The notes under the pieces were generated by a model that worked only from the letters and a program-made list of their open reading frames with translations, was not told the origin of the DNA and did not search any database. A stretch of DNA of 37,650 nt from IMG/VR virus record IMGVR_UViG_3300045988_143600; one strand, written 5' to 3'. This document shows, in pieces, positions 1 through 8,089 of this stretch. The DNA comes from a virus. Position numbers and translations under genes: made by a program. Every line of letters starts with the position of its first letter. The first letter of the stretch is position 1.

Positions 1-55
1 TATATATTGGGGGTGTTACAGATGAAGCATTTCAGCGAGTTTCTGCAATTATATT
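1..55. repeat. 55-bp terminal overlap, identical to 37596..37650 (circular-assembly signature)
   Basis: TATATATTGGGGGTGTTACAGATGAAGCATTTCAGCGAGTTTCTGCAATTATATT occurs at both ends of the window. The Mor-like ORF reads across the junction region without disruption. Confidence 0.9.
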
Positions 56-363
56 TCATCAAAGGTAATCTGACCCTCGATATGAGCGTTTTGCTTTTCC
101 TGCCTTATCTCAGCCGTTATGCTGCGGATCGTGCGCTCAGACAGATTATATTTATTGACAAGAAACTTGAAGTTATATCCGTTAAAATCCCTGCGTATCT
201 TTTCGTCACGTGCCGATCGGATAACAGAATCAGCTTTTGCAATGTAAATTGACAAACCACCGTAACGCTGCACAAGCTTTTCGTATGCCTGTGAGCCGAT
301 GCAGTCGTAAATATCCCGCTGCTCTGGAGTAAGGGCTTCTTCGTATATATCAAGTTCCGGCAT
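49..363 (-). CDS. mor: Mor-family transcriptional activator (Mu middle operon regulator-like)
   Basis: Shows the C-terminal HTH pattern typical of Mor/C: ...GGLSIYIAKADSVIRSARDEKIRRDFNGYNFKFLVNKYNLSERTIRSI.... ATG at 363 is preceded by AAGGTGAG; the upstream ATG at 408 is an alternative start. Confidence 0.7.
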   Translation of the reverse strand: MPELDIYEEALTPEQRDIYDCIGSQAYEKLVQRYGGLSIYIAKADSVIRSARDEKIRRDFNGYNFKFLVNKYNLSERTIRSITAEIRQEKQNAHIEGQITFDEI

Positions 364-877
364 ATTTCTCACCTTGCCTTTTCGCCCGCCGCTCTGCCGA
401 ATTAACATAACGCTTGAGCTGTTCGATAAGCTTAGAACACTGTTCCTGATCTATCCACCGAAACGGCTGCTTTTTTGATGCCGTAACGCCCAGTACTTTG
501 CCTATCACGCCAATTAGCCTGTCTCCAACGTCAGCTGACTCTGGATTAGTGTCAAGTTCCTTGAGCCTGTAGCAGTATCTCCAGCACAGCCGCTGCTGTT
601 CAGGCGTAGCCATACCGTTGCAGCCGATCTCTTCAGCTTCTTTCTTTTTGTTTCTAGATTTGGTATTATGCAGCAGATGGTTTGGATCGGCAAGCTTCAT
701 GCGATTGATAAGTTCCGCCTGAACAGCCTTGAATTCGCTATCGTCAAGCTGTTTTACCGAATCTTTACCGGTAATGCTAAAGATCAATTCGTGCAGCATA
801 TCATCTTTATCTTTGCCGACAATACCAAGACCTGCTCCCAGACCGTAAATTCTTTTAATCTGCTCCTTTGTTGCCAT
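350..877 (-). CDS. GemA / Mu gp16-like regulatory protein (DUF1018-like)
   Basis: The N-terminus KEQIKRIYGLGAGLGI...LHELIFSITGKDSVKQLDDSEFKAVQAEL matches the GemA family pattern. It lies directly upstream of mor, as in Mu-like phages. AGGAGGA RBS precedes the ATG at 877. Confidence 0.55.
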   Translation of the reverse strand: MATKEQIKRIYGLGAGLGIVGKDKDDMLHELIFSITGKDSVKQLDDSEFKAVQAELINRMKLADPNHLLHNTKSRNKKKEAEEIGCNGMATPEQQRLCWRYCYRLKELDTNPESADVGDRLIGVIGKVLGVTASKKQPFRWIDQEQCSKLIEQLKRYVNSAERRAKRQGEKYAGT

Positions 878-895
878 ATCCAAATCCTCCTGTCC

Positions 896-1546
896 TTATT
901 TTTTAGCCGTGAATTTCGTTTTCGGCGTTCTTTCAACTACAACCGCGCTGTCAATCATATCCACAGCACGCTCCACAATCTCATCGGTAAGCTGTTCGTT
1001 ATTAATCATAAGCAGATGTTTAAGATTCTGCCAAGCGACGGCTTCGGATACCAGATAAGCGTTCTCCTGCGCCGCCTTTTCATCCAGACCGCCAAGCTGC
1101 ATAAGATTTTTTACGTCGGTCTCATATTTCGCACCCTTAAGCTTTTTCTCCAGAACTTTGCGGCTCTTATCGTCAAGCCCAAGCCCATCCAGTATCTTAG
1201 CAACGCTGCCGTCCTTTATGTACTCCTTGTTGTAAACGGCGGAAAGCAAGCGTTTTGCAGATTCTGACAAGGTGTAGGTTACGTCCTCTTTTACAACGTC
1301 GCCGTACGCTTTACCAAAGATCTCCTTAAGCATTGTTGGGTACACAAGCTTAACGTTGTCGGCGTTGGTGACTGTGATTGCATTGCCAGCATTGTCGCTG
1401 TAGACAGCAGATTTAAACTTTGTATCCTGCAGGTCGGCTTCCGAAGCCTTAAGGATATCAGCCTCGATGCCGTCTGCCTCTGATTTAAGCTCCGAAATTT
1501 CCGCCTTGATCTCAGCATAACGTTTTACCTTTTCAGACAGATCCAT
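896..1546 (-). CDS. Hypothetical early protein with N-terminal coiled coil
   Basis: 216-aa ORF with a GGAGG RBS, in the semi-essential early region between the MuB-like gene and the GemA-like gene. The function is not recognisable. Confidence 0.6.
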   Translation of the reverse strand: MDLSEKVKRYAEIKAEISELKSEADGIEADILKASEADLQDTKFKSAVYSDNAGNAITVTNADNVKLVYPTMLKEIFGKAYGDVVKEDVTYTLSESAKRLLSAVYNKEYIKDGSVAKILDGLGLDDKSRKVLEKKLKGAKYETDVKNLMQLGGLDEKAAQENAYLVSEAVAWQNLKHLLMINNEQLTDEIVERAVDMIDSAVVVERTPKTKFTAKK

Positions 1547-1793
1547 AAGCCGTCTTTACCTCCTCTATGATTTCTTCGGCGCAGTTTCTGCAGGTATCAC
1601 GTCCCTTGATAGAGCGCACATTATCAACACTGCCACAATAGCAACAGGTAGGTCTGTGCTTGCGAATCATGATACCGTCCGCTGTCTTCTCGATGTCAAC
1701 AGCCATGCCTCCCGCAAAGCCCGCTGCAAGTCTGATGTCCTTCGGGATCGTCAATCCAGCTTTGCTTGTAAGCTTTTTATGTTTTGTTTCCAT
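1533..1793 (-). CDS. AbrB/SpoVT/MazE-type DNA-binding domain protein with C-terminal Cys4 ribbon
   Basis: LTIPKDIRLAAGFAGGMAVDIEKTADGIMIRK is a swapped-hairpin AbrB-like motif, followed by CCYCGS...CRNC. A strong AAGGAGG RBS precedes the ATG at 1793. Confidence 0.6.
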   Translation of the reverse strand: METKHKKLTSKAGLTIPKDIRLAAGFAGGMAVDIEKTADGIMIRKHRPTCCYCGSVDNVRSIKGRDTCRNCAEEIIEEVKTAYGSV

Positions 1794-1899
1794 AGCGTTT
1801 TTACCTCCTTGTTTTTCTGCACTCTGCATTTATCAGGGCTTGTGACCTGCGCCGATCGGCGGCTGCATTACAGGAGGGGCACAGCCCCTCTGATACTTA

Positions 1900-2064
1900 T
1901 TATTTCTTGTCTACAATTGAGCATTCATTGCATTCTCCGTTACTGTTGCAAATATTATCACAATAGCCGCATTTATCGCAGTACGGACAGTCATCACAAC
2001 TCATTTTCATAAAAAAGGCACATTCTGCGCTGCCTTTCATAAAACATTCAAAATTATTATGCAT
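1900..2064 (-). CDS. Cys-rich small protein (54 aa), below the ORF-track cut-off
   Basis: Hand translation gives MHNNFECFMKGSAECAFFMKMSCDDCPYCDKCGYCDNICNSNGECNECSIVDKK. The start overlaps the stop of the upstream ORF (ATGCATAA). It resembles the ORF at 9778..9948. Confidence 0.45.
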   Translation of the reverse strand: MHNNFECFMKGSAECAFFMKMSCDDCPYCDKCGYCDNICNSNGECNECSIVDKK

Positions 2065-2275
2065 ATTTAGTCGCCTTTACTTTCCTCGGCTCCTCGATGC
2101 GTACCATGTCTATCCAGCGTATCTTATCAGTATATCTATGTACAAGGCAAAGCTGCTTGTCCGTCGCCTTCGAAACCATCCAGTCCGCAGGATCAAGCTT
2201 GTAATACGCTATTATTCGTTTCTGAGCTTTGGTGGGATTTTTTCCGTGCTTCATTCTTTTTGTCCTCCGTTTCAC
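2057..2275 (-). CDS. Small basic hypothetical protein
   Basis: 72-aa ORF immediately downstream of the MuB-like gene, with a Lys/Arg-rich N-terminus. Confidence 0.5.
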   Translation of the reverse strand: MKRRTKRMKHGKNPTKAQKRIIAYYKLDPADWMVSKATDKQLCLVHRYTDKIRWIDMVRIEEPRKVKATKYA

Positions 2276-2278
2276 TTT

Positions 2279-3202
2279 TTATACCGCCATATCCATATAT
2301 TTAGCGATTGCAGACAATCCCTTGGCGGTCACATTGCCGTTATCGAGGGCGTTGGAGTATAGATTGACCGCTCCTCTGATAGCCTGTGGACTTTGAGCGA
2401 TACACAGTAAAAATTCAACAGCAGCAGTGTCCTCTCTGATATCCGGAAAGAGCATTTCGATGTCGCTCTTCTTTATCTGCTTAACGCTGTAAAACCGGGT
2501 ATTCTTCGTCCTGTTGCGTATCTGTGCAAACTCCGCTTTCTGCTTTCCGCCAAGTCTGCTTACCGTGGTTTCGTTGCCGACAAAGCATATTCCAAGGGTC
2601 TGTCCCTTTTCGTCAAAGCAGTCGCAAAGGCTTCGGAGAGTATCAATGGCATTTCTGGTGAGATGCTGGGCTTCGTCCACGATTATCACCATGCCGTCCG
2701 AAAGCTTTGACGAGATTTCCAGCCAGAGTCTGCTCACAGAGCCGGAGGATACGTTCAGCTTAGAACCGATAAGCTCCAGCACGGATTTTGATGACTTGAT
2801 GCACGGATTTACCGTTATGTATATACAGTTTGTGCCGTGCTCACGGTAATACTGCCTGCAAGCCTGTGTTTTGCCTATACCTGCGTCACCGCAGGCTATG
2901 GCAAGACCGCCCTGAAGCTGACAGTTGCGTATGATCTTGTACACGTTAGACGATATTGACGTTTCCTTATAGTCTGTGCCGACATAGATTTCAGCTGCAG
3001 CCTGCTTGGTTACAAAGTATTCAATTACTTTTTTCATCTGCTTATCTACATCGCCGTTGTAGGTACCTGACTTAATTGCAGAGTATGAGCTATCGGATAT
3101 ACCAATCTTTTTGCAGACTGCAGCCGCAGATAGATTTTCCGAGTACTGCAGCTGTTTTATCTGTTCCAATGCCCACTCCTGTTTAGCTGTTAGCTTTTTC
3201 AT
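2279..3202 (-). CDS. MuB-like AAA+ ATPase (transposition target-capture protein)
   Basis: N-terminal HTH-like region, Walker A GDAGIGKT and Walker B IIVDEAQHL. It sits immediately downstream of the DDE transposase. Confidence 0.8.
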   Translation of the reverse strand: MKKLTAKQEWALEQIKQLQYSENLSAAAVCKKIGISDSSYSAIKSGTYNGDVDKQMKKVIEYFVTKQAAAEIYVGTDYKETSISSNVYKIIRNCQLQGGLAIACGDAGIGKTQACRQYYREHGTNCIYITVNPCIKSSKSVLELIGSKLNVSSGSVSRLWLEISSKLSDGMVIIVDEAQHLTRNAIDTLRSLCDCFDEKGQTLGICFVGNETTVSRLGGKQKAEFAQIRNRTKNTRFYSVKQIKKSDIEMLFPDIREDTAAVEFLLCIAQSPQAIRGAVNLYSNALDNGNVTAKGLSAIAKYMDMAV

Positions 3203-3205
3203 TTA

Positions 3206-5224
3206 TTAATCACTCCTCCATTTATTCTTCCGCCTCTCGGCGTTTTCGTTCATTTTATCTATATTGACCACAATATCGTCTCCGGAAGCCTTTGATATAC
3301 TTTCCGGTTCATTATCAGCTCTTATCATAATCACATTGGACGGCATAACGATCTTAAAGCTCTGCTTACCATGTGCTGCCTTGAGAGCGGCAGCCTCCAT
3401 AAGGTCGATCTTATGCTCTGAGTTTAAGCCATCTGTGATATTCTGGGCCTCGGCTTTAATAAACCGTTGTACTCTGCGCTGTAAAGCCATTGCATCGGAA
3501 ATCTCTTCCTTGCTTTCGGTGATGTAATCTATAAGCAGCTTGTCTGCACATTCCCAAGTCCAAAGGTAACGGTCCGATTTATCGTAAACCCTTACGCTTC
3601 TAAGATCGGCGGGATCGTATCTTACATAGACCTCCTCGCCCAGGTGACGGTAAGTGTTTTCATAGTCCATAAACCAGACCTTTTCGCCGGATATTTCAAC
3701 AAATACGCCGTTGCGCTTGATCTTTTGTACCCTTGTTGATCTCATAAGCATAAGATTAAGTTCGGCTTCCGGAGCTTTGCGTATTCCTACAGACTTTATA
3801 TCCATATTCCATACGTCGATACGACTCATTCCTTTGTACTTTGTCTCAGCTCCGCCATATTCCTGCATATTAAAATCACCGTCAATATACATATCAATAT
3901 ATTCTCTAATCTCAAAGTCGCAGGGAATCTTGCCTTCTTTAATTCTACGCTTAAGGCTCTCAGGTCGCTGCATAATAGTGCCGCCGCAGTAACCTTCAAA
4001 CATTCTTGCAAACTGCATTGTGACCGTGCTAAATGTACGCTCAATAGGCTTTGCTTTAGCGTTACGGACGATTGCGTTATGCATCGTGATTCCAAGCCTT
4101 TGGAGTATTGTCGGTGGTTCGATCTCAGGGTTATCGGTTTTCCTGCTTCGATGACCTTTTCCGCCAACGTCATGGGTCATAAACTCTCGACCGTTATCAA
4201 AATATACGGCTTTCGGAATGCCAAATCGCATAATTCCATGCCTTAATGCGATGATTGTTGACTGGGAGTTCGGACTGTCGCATATATTCCAGCCGACCAG
4301 CACTCCGCTTTTGGCATCCAAAAAGGCTGTAAGGTACAGCCTGTGGATCGTGCCGTTATTTTCATCGTAGGACTGTATATCGAACGTGTGGTTATCTGCG
4401 ATCCAGACGTCGTTAGCGTGGAGACCGTCGTACATACGGCTGATATATGGCAGGCATTTATCTTTCATAGCCTTATCGCCGTCGCGCATATATGTAAGCA
4501 CGGCTTGTGGTATTTCCGACTTTATATGCCGCCTGAAAGTATTGTCTGACGGGAAGTTTGATACCATTGACGGATACCACTCTTTTGCACATTCAAGCGT
4601 TAGGTCGTAACAACGCGAAACGGTAGGTTTGTTTTCGGAAAGATAGAAATAGCAAAACTGCTCCCACAGCTCCGGTGGGATACTGCTCTTACCCTTATTG
4701 GCTCCGCCTCGATTTTCACAAAGCCCCTGCAGATTATTATTTCTGTAGGCTGCATACTTGCGGTATAGTATATCCACCGACACTTTGATATCATTATGCT
4801 CGAGCTGACACTTGCCGACGTAAAGCTTATCCACTTCGGTTTTCTTTCCGGGGTATTGATCCCGGTAACGCTGCCAGTCTCTGAGGATATCTACCCAGAG
4901 TGCGATTTCATCACGCTCATCTTCGGAAAACTCTTCGATTGACGTTTTCACAGGCTTTGACGTTTTCACAGGCTTTTTGGGCTGTTTTAATGCATTTTTA
5001 ACAGGCTGTGCAACAAGTTCTAAGCCCGCTTCCGCTCTTTTCTGAGCATAGTATTTTGCCTGCAGGCCTTCGGGGAGTGATGATATTGGGATCATATATT
5101 TAGGACGGTTCCTGTCGTTGATTTCGATATTGCATGACAATTTTCCGTCCTTGCACAGTTTCTTTATATATCGTTCACTGCAGCCTTTAAGATCAGCAGT
5201 TTTGGCAACCGTCAAATATTCCAC
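3206..5224 (-). CDS. MuA-like DDE transposase (rve/integrase core with N-terminal DNA-binding domains)
   Basis: 672 aa. N-terminal HTH (LTVAKTADLKGCSERYIKKLCKDGKL). Catalytic-core motifs VWIADNHTFD and VYFDNGREF. Has the size and MuB-adjacent position typical of Mu A. Confidence 0.85.
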   Translation of the reverse strand: MEYLTVAKTADLKGCSERYIKKLCKDGKLSCNIEINDRNRPKYMIPISSLPEGLQAKYYAQKRAEAGLELVAQPVKNALKQPKKPVKTSKPVKTSIEEFSEDERDEIALWVDILRDWQRYRDQYPGKKTEVDKLYVGKCQLEHNDIKVSVDILYRKYAAYRNNNLQGLCENRGGANKGKSSIPPELWEQFCYFYLSENKPTVSRCYDLTLECAKEWYPSMVSNFPSDNTFRRHIKSEIPQAVLTYMRDGDKAMKDKCLPYISRMYDGLHANDVWIADNHTFDIQSYDENNGTIHRLYLTAFLDAKSGVLVGWNICDSPNSQSTIIALRHGIMRFGIPKAVYFDNGREFMTHDVGGKGHRSRKTDNPEIEPPTILQRLGITMHNAIVRNAKAKPIERTFSTVTMQFARMFEGYCGGTIMQRPESLKRRIKEGKIPCDFEIREYIDMYIDGDFNMQEYGGAETKYKGMSRIDVWNMDIKSVGIRKAPEAELNLMLMRSTRVQKIKRNGVFVEISGEKVWFMDYENTYRHLGEEVYVRYDPADLRSVRVYDKSDRYLWTWECADKLLIDYITESKEEISDAMALQRRVQRFIKAEAQNITDGLNSEHKIDLMEAAALKAAHGKQSFKIVMPSNVIMIRADNEPESISKASGDDIVVNIDKMNENAERRKNKWRSD

Positions 5225-5272
5225 ATCATCACCTCCCGAAGTTACTTGACAAAACTAATGTTTTCTGATATA

Positions 5273-5476
5273 CTAAGTATCAGAGCCAGAACGGTTGTTT
5301 ACGAGGTCGGACAGAAAATCTTCTGTTTCGGTCAATACTGCAAGAATGGTCGCAACATTCCTGCGGAGCTGTTCAGGCTCTATTTTTATGTCCTCAAGGC
5401 AGCTTGCCTGAGCCAGAAGCCGGGCTTGTCCCACCGCATGAGACAGTACTTGTGTTTTAAATTCCTTGTATTTCAT
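5273..5476 (-). CDS. Hypothetical early protein (67 aa)
   Basis: ORF with an AAAGGAAG RBS, directly upstream of the transposase gene. Confidence 0.5.
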   Translation of the reverse strand: MKYKEFKTQVLSHAVGQARLLAQASCLEDIKIEPEQLRRNVATILAVLTETEDFLSDLVNNRSGSDT

Positions 5477-5495
5477 TGGTTACACTTCCTTTCTC

Positions 5496-5536
5496 GGTCT
5501 GCCATCATCAGTACCGGGAGACCGTCCCCGGCAGAC
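5496..5536. repeat. 41-bp direct repeat, copy 1
   Basis: GGTCTGCCATCATCAGTACCGGGAGACCGTCCCCGGCAGAC is identical to 6152..6192. Confidence 0.95.
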
Positions 5537-6151
5537 CGAACCGCCTGTTGCGGCTCGGTTTCGGCTAGAAAAATCGGAATGTATAAGTCTACTCCTTCCG
5601 AAAGAGTACCCTGCGCACTTATACTGCGTTGCACAACCTTGTCGACTAGGTTGATTGAGTTGGCTTTCACATCAGGACTTGCACCTGATAGGCTTACGCT
5701 TGCGAACCTAGCACTATGCGTGAACATTTAGCCGCCCCGATTATTACCGAAACGGCAAGGTAGATAGGATAAAAAGTTATCCTAAGTGGGTCTGATACGC
5801 TCAGACGGGCGGTATCTTTATGTTGTCTTTAGACTGTGTTATAAAAATACAAAAGACGTTCCAGCTGGTGCAAACATTAAGCTCATGCGCTCTCAGCTTG
5901 CATTTACGAGTTCGCACCTTAAGGAAAGTCGGAACCCTTATAACAAAACCTGTACCTCGGCTAATTCAACCCGACGACACGTAGCCAGAACACGTGGTTT
6001 TTAAGTCATACGCTACCGATATTTTATGTCCTCGGTCTACAGACTGTATGACAGGCTTGGTTCAAGATCTAAGTCGTTACCTCTGAGCTTGCAAGCTGCA
6101 GGTGATTCACTATATCCCCTATGGCGGGCAAGCACGGCACCTGCATATTTT

Positions 6152-6192
6152 GGTCTGCCATCATCAGTACCGGGAGACCGTCCCCGGCAGAC
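6152..6192. repeat. 41-bp direct repeat, copy 2
   Basis: Identical to 5496..5536. It abuts the stop codon of the Ner-like gene. Confidence 0.95.
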
Positions 6193-6199
6193 AGCCGAG

Positions 6200-6427
6200 T
6201 TACTGTCGGCTGTTCCGGCTGTTTCGTGATCTGCCGCACAAATCGTCAAGACTGCATTGCAGCACATTGGCTATCCTGATCGTAGTCTTAAGAGAGGGCG
6301 TCAAAACGCCCTGCTCTATCTTGCACACGGTCACATTGCTGATCCCCGCATACTTAGCAAGCTCTCTCTGATTAAGATCACGCTGCTCTCTAATCTGCTT
6401 TATGCTTTTCCCAATATCTGCGCTCAT
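6200..6427 (-). CDS. Ner/Cro-like XRE-family HTH regulator
   Basis: IKQIREQRDLNQRELAKYAGISNVTVCKIEQG is an HTH_3 motif. AAAGGAGGGA RBS precedes the ATG at 6427. It lies in the early operon, divergent from the repressor. Confidence 0.75.
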   Translation of the reverse strand: MSADIGKSIKQIREQRDLNQRELAKYAGISNVTVCKIEQGVLTPSLKTTIRIANVLQCSLDDLCGRSRNSRNSRQ

Positions 6428-6623
6428 AAAGGCGTTCCCTCCTTTTAGCAAAGTATATATCTCTGATAAGAGAGAGGATAAGGTGCATACAGATCAATCC
6501 GGATAGTGTAAGCAACGGTATGATCCAGAACTCGGAATGTCCGCTAAGACTTGTTATGGCACACCATAGCATGATAATGGCAAACATGGTAAGCACCTTT
6601 CCCTCGTCCGTAAGTTTTTTCAT
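6390..6623 (-). CDS. Small membrane protein (2 predicted TM segments)
   Basis: Hydrophobic stretches MFAIIMLWCAITSL and IIPLLTLSGLICMHLILSL. GGAGG-like RBS. The 3' end overlaps the Ner-like start. Confidence 0.5.
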   Translation of the reverse strand: MKKLTDEGKVLTMFAIIMLWCAITSLSGHSEFWIIPLLTLSGLICMHLILSLIRDIYFAKRRERLYERRYWEKHKAD

Positions 6624-6635
6624 AATAAACCCTCC

Positions 6636-7088
6636 TTACTTATACATCATAACGGTGATAACGTCTTTAGCGGCAGCAAGCGGACTGTCTCCTGTGATGC
6701 CTATATCATACACATGACCGTTCTTCATGGTTACAAGCACCCACTCTTCTCCGTTGTCTTCGCAGTAAGTTATATCATCAACATCATCATTGGCGGCATG
6801 GAGCAGGAAGTAGAGCTCTTTTTCTACGAATAAAGCTTTATTCATTATATATCCTCTTATTGCCGGAGTTTGTTCCGCCCTTGTTTGTTGCTCGCCGTAT
6901 TTTTCAGCTATGCAATCAAGATCATCATCTATTGCTGCCTTAGCATCCTCGATTGTATTATAAGCCTTTGGCGAGAAAGCCCCGTAAGGTGATATGCAAA
7001 CATAGCCTATCCTATCGTTACCTGATATCGTATAGCCTCTGTACTCATACATATTCACATCGGTTTCCTTAATCTTATACTTATTCAT
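6636..7088 (-). CDS. Hypothetical protein, first gene of the early operon
   Basis: 150-aa acidic ORF with an AAGGAGGAA RBS, immediately downstream of the predicted early promoter. Confidence 0.55.
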   Translation of the reverse strand: MNKYKIKETDVNMYEYRGYTISGNDRIGYVCISPYGAFSPKAYNTIEDAKAAIDDDLDCIAEKYGEQQTRAEQTPAIRGYIMNKALFVEKELYFLLHAANDDVDDITYCEDNGEEWVLVTMKNGHVYDIGITGDSPLAAAKDVITVMMYK

Positions 7089-7113
7089 TAAAATTCCTCC
7101 TTTTTCGATTGAC

Positions 7114-7175
7114 GTTTAACGCTTTTTGTGTTAAACTTAATTTATCATGGGGTAACTATGCCCTAGAGGTTACCC
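7114..7175. promoter_or_regulatory. Operator-like inverted repeats in the repressor/early switch region
   Basis: GTTTAAC(N9)GTTAAAC at 7114-7136 and GGGTAAC(N12)GTTACCC at 7150-7175, between the early promoter and the first early gene. TTCTAA(T/C)T half-sites are repeated at 7199-7245. Confidence 0.5.
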
Positions 7176-7183
7176 TATAGTAA

Positions 7184-7212
7184 ATTATAACTAGATTTTT
7201 TCTAATTGTCAA
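7184..7212 (-). promoter_or_regulatory. Early promoter (consensus sigma-A type), minus strand
   Basis: The minus strand reads TTGACA-(17 nt)-TATAAT exactly, with the -35 at 7207-7212 and the -10 at 7184-7189. It faces the early operon. Confidence 0.65.
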
Positions 7213-7280
7213 GTGAAATTCTAACTCGAAATTAGAAAAATGCTAATTTCGTGATAAGTAACAAAGGAGATGATTGAATT

Positions 7281-7982
7281 TTGGATATTTTGGATAGAAT
7301 AACTATGCTTTTAGGCAATCGAGAGCAAAAAGAATTGACTAATTACCTGAAATTAAATAATGTTGCTTTTTCAGAATGGAAGTCTGGGAAAAGCAAATCA
7401 TATAGAAAATATCTAATTGAAATTGCTGAATTTTTTGATGTTTCAATAGATTACCTTGTTTACGGCAAAGAAAAAAGCTCACCAGCGGAACAGTTGACCG
7501 ATGATGAGCAAGAGTTACTTACATATTATAAGGAATTAGATTTAATGAAAAAGGGTCAAGTCCTCGAACGTGCCAAGGTCCTTTTTGAGCAGTCAAAAAT
7601 ACCATTAAAAGAGCTTGAAAACAGTGTTTTCATAGAGTACTATTCGTTGCCTGTCAGTGCCGGAACTGGCGTTGATCTGGATGGCTGCGAAAAAGGTATG
7701 TTGGAGGTTAAGAAAACGCAGCTCACTCTTGAGGCTAATTTTGCTCTAAGAGTGTCTGGCAACAGCATGGAGCCTGTATTCCACGACGGAGACGTAGTTC
7801 TGATAGCCTCGCAGCCATCTGTTGAGATCGGCGAGATAGGCATTTTTATACTTAACGGGGAAGGATTTATAAAGAAGTTCGGCGGAGATCGCTTGATTTC
7901 CCTTAACCCGGATTATGATGATATTCCGCTGCATGATTATGATAGTATCTATTGCCGGGGAAAGGTTATTGGAACTGTATGA
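7281..7982 (+). CDS. CI/LexA-type repressor (N-terminal HTH, C-terminal S24 peptidase)
   Basis: HTH region at the N-terminus. The C-terminus LRVSGNSMEPVFHDGDVVLIA...GEGFIKKF carries the Ser/Lys dyad context of S24 autopeptidases. Transcribed divergently from the early operon. The TTG start at 7281 is uncertain; ATG at 7305 is an alternative. Confidence 0.8.
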   Translation: MDILDRITMLLGNREQKELTNYLKLNNVAFSEWKSGKSKSYRKYLIEIAEFFDVSIDYLVYGKEKSSPAEQLTDDEQELLTYYKELDLMKKGQVLERAKVLFEQSKIPLKELENSVFIEYYSLPVSAGTGVDLDGCEKGMLEVKKTQLTLEANFALRVSGNSMEPVFHDGDVVLIASQPSVEIGEIGIFILNGEGFIKKFGGDRLISLNPDYDDIPLHDYDSIYCRGKVIGTV

Positions 7983-8065
7983 TATAAAAATATGAAACTA
8001 AGCAACTTGTGCTTGATCTTCCGACTGTAGTGATTGTTCGAGCCGCACAGTGGGACATTGATAAG

Positions 8066-8089
8066 TTAATGGGAACTAGTTCCCATTAA
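8066..8089. repeat. Perfect 24-bp palindrome downstream of the repressor gene
   Basis: TTAATGGGAACTAGTTCCCATTAA. Followed by TAGTTCC repeats and a tandem ATTTTTCAAT(N3)ATTTTTCAAT at about 8128-8153. Confidence 0.7.

Larger units (their letters stand above)
5496..6192 (-). ncRNA. Candidate large structured non-coding RNA or ORF-less insertion within the early operon
   Basis: About 650 nt with no credible ORF and at least 12 local hairpins. Two helices (5536-5544/5550-5558 and 5689-5694/5705-5710) contain G-U pairs only if read from the minus strand. The segment is bracketed by 41-bp perfect direct repeats. Confidence 0.4.

Noticed and set aside
1-55. The 55-bp terminal repeat as a true direct terminal repeat (DTR) packaging signature
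   Set aside because: Its length equals a common assembler k-mer. It falls in the mor-to-late intergenic region and the 3' end of mor, with no terminase-related context.
668-1267. 199-aa plus-strand ORF
   Set aside because: It is antisense to the GemA-like gene and the 216-aa gene, both of which have strong RBSs and family-like sequence.
5496-6192. Possible CRISPR array, because of the identical 41-bp repeats
   Set aside because: There are only two copies, separated by 615 bp. This is far outside CRISPR spacer geometry, and no cas genes are present.
5246-6371. ORFs of 60-160 aa across the 5.25-6.37 kb non-coding segment (for example 5246..5731, 5473..5727, 6026..6229)
   Set aside because: No RBS is present. 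The frames simply run through the 41-bp repeats, which gives the duplicated peptide GLPSSVPGDRPRQT. They are interrupted by the hairpins.
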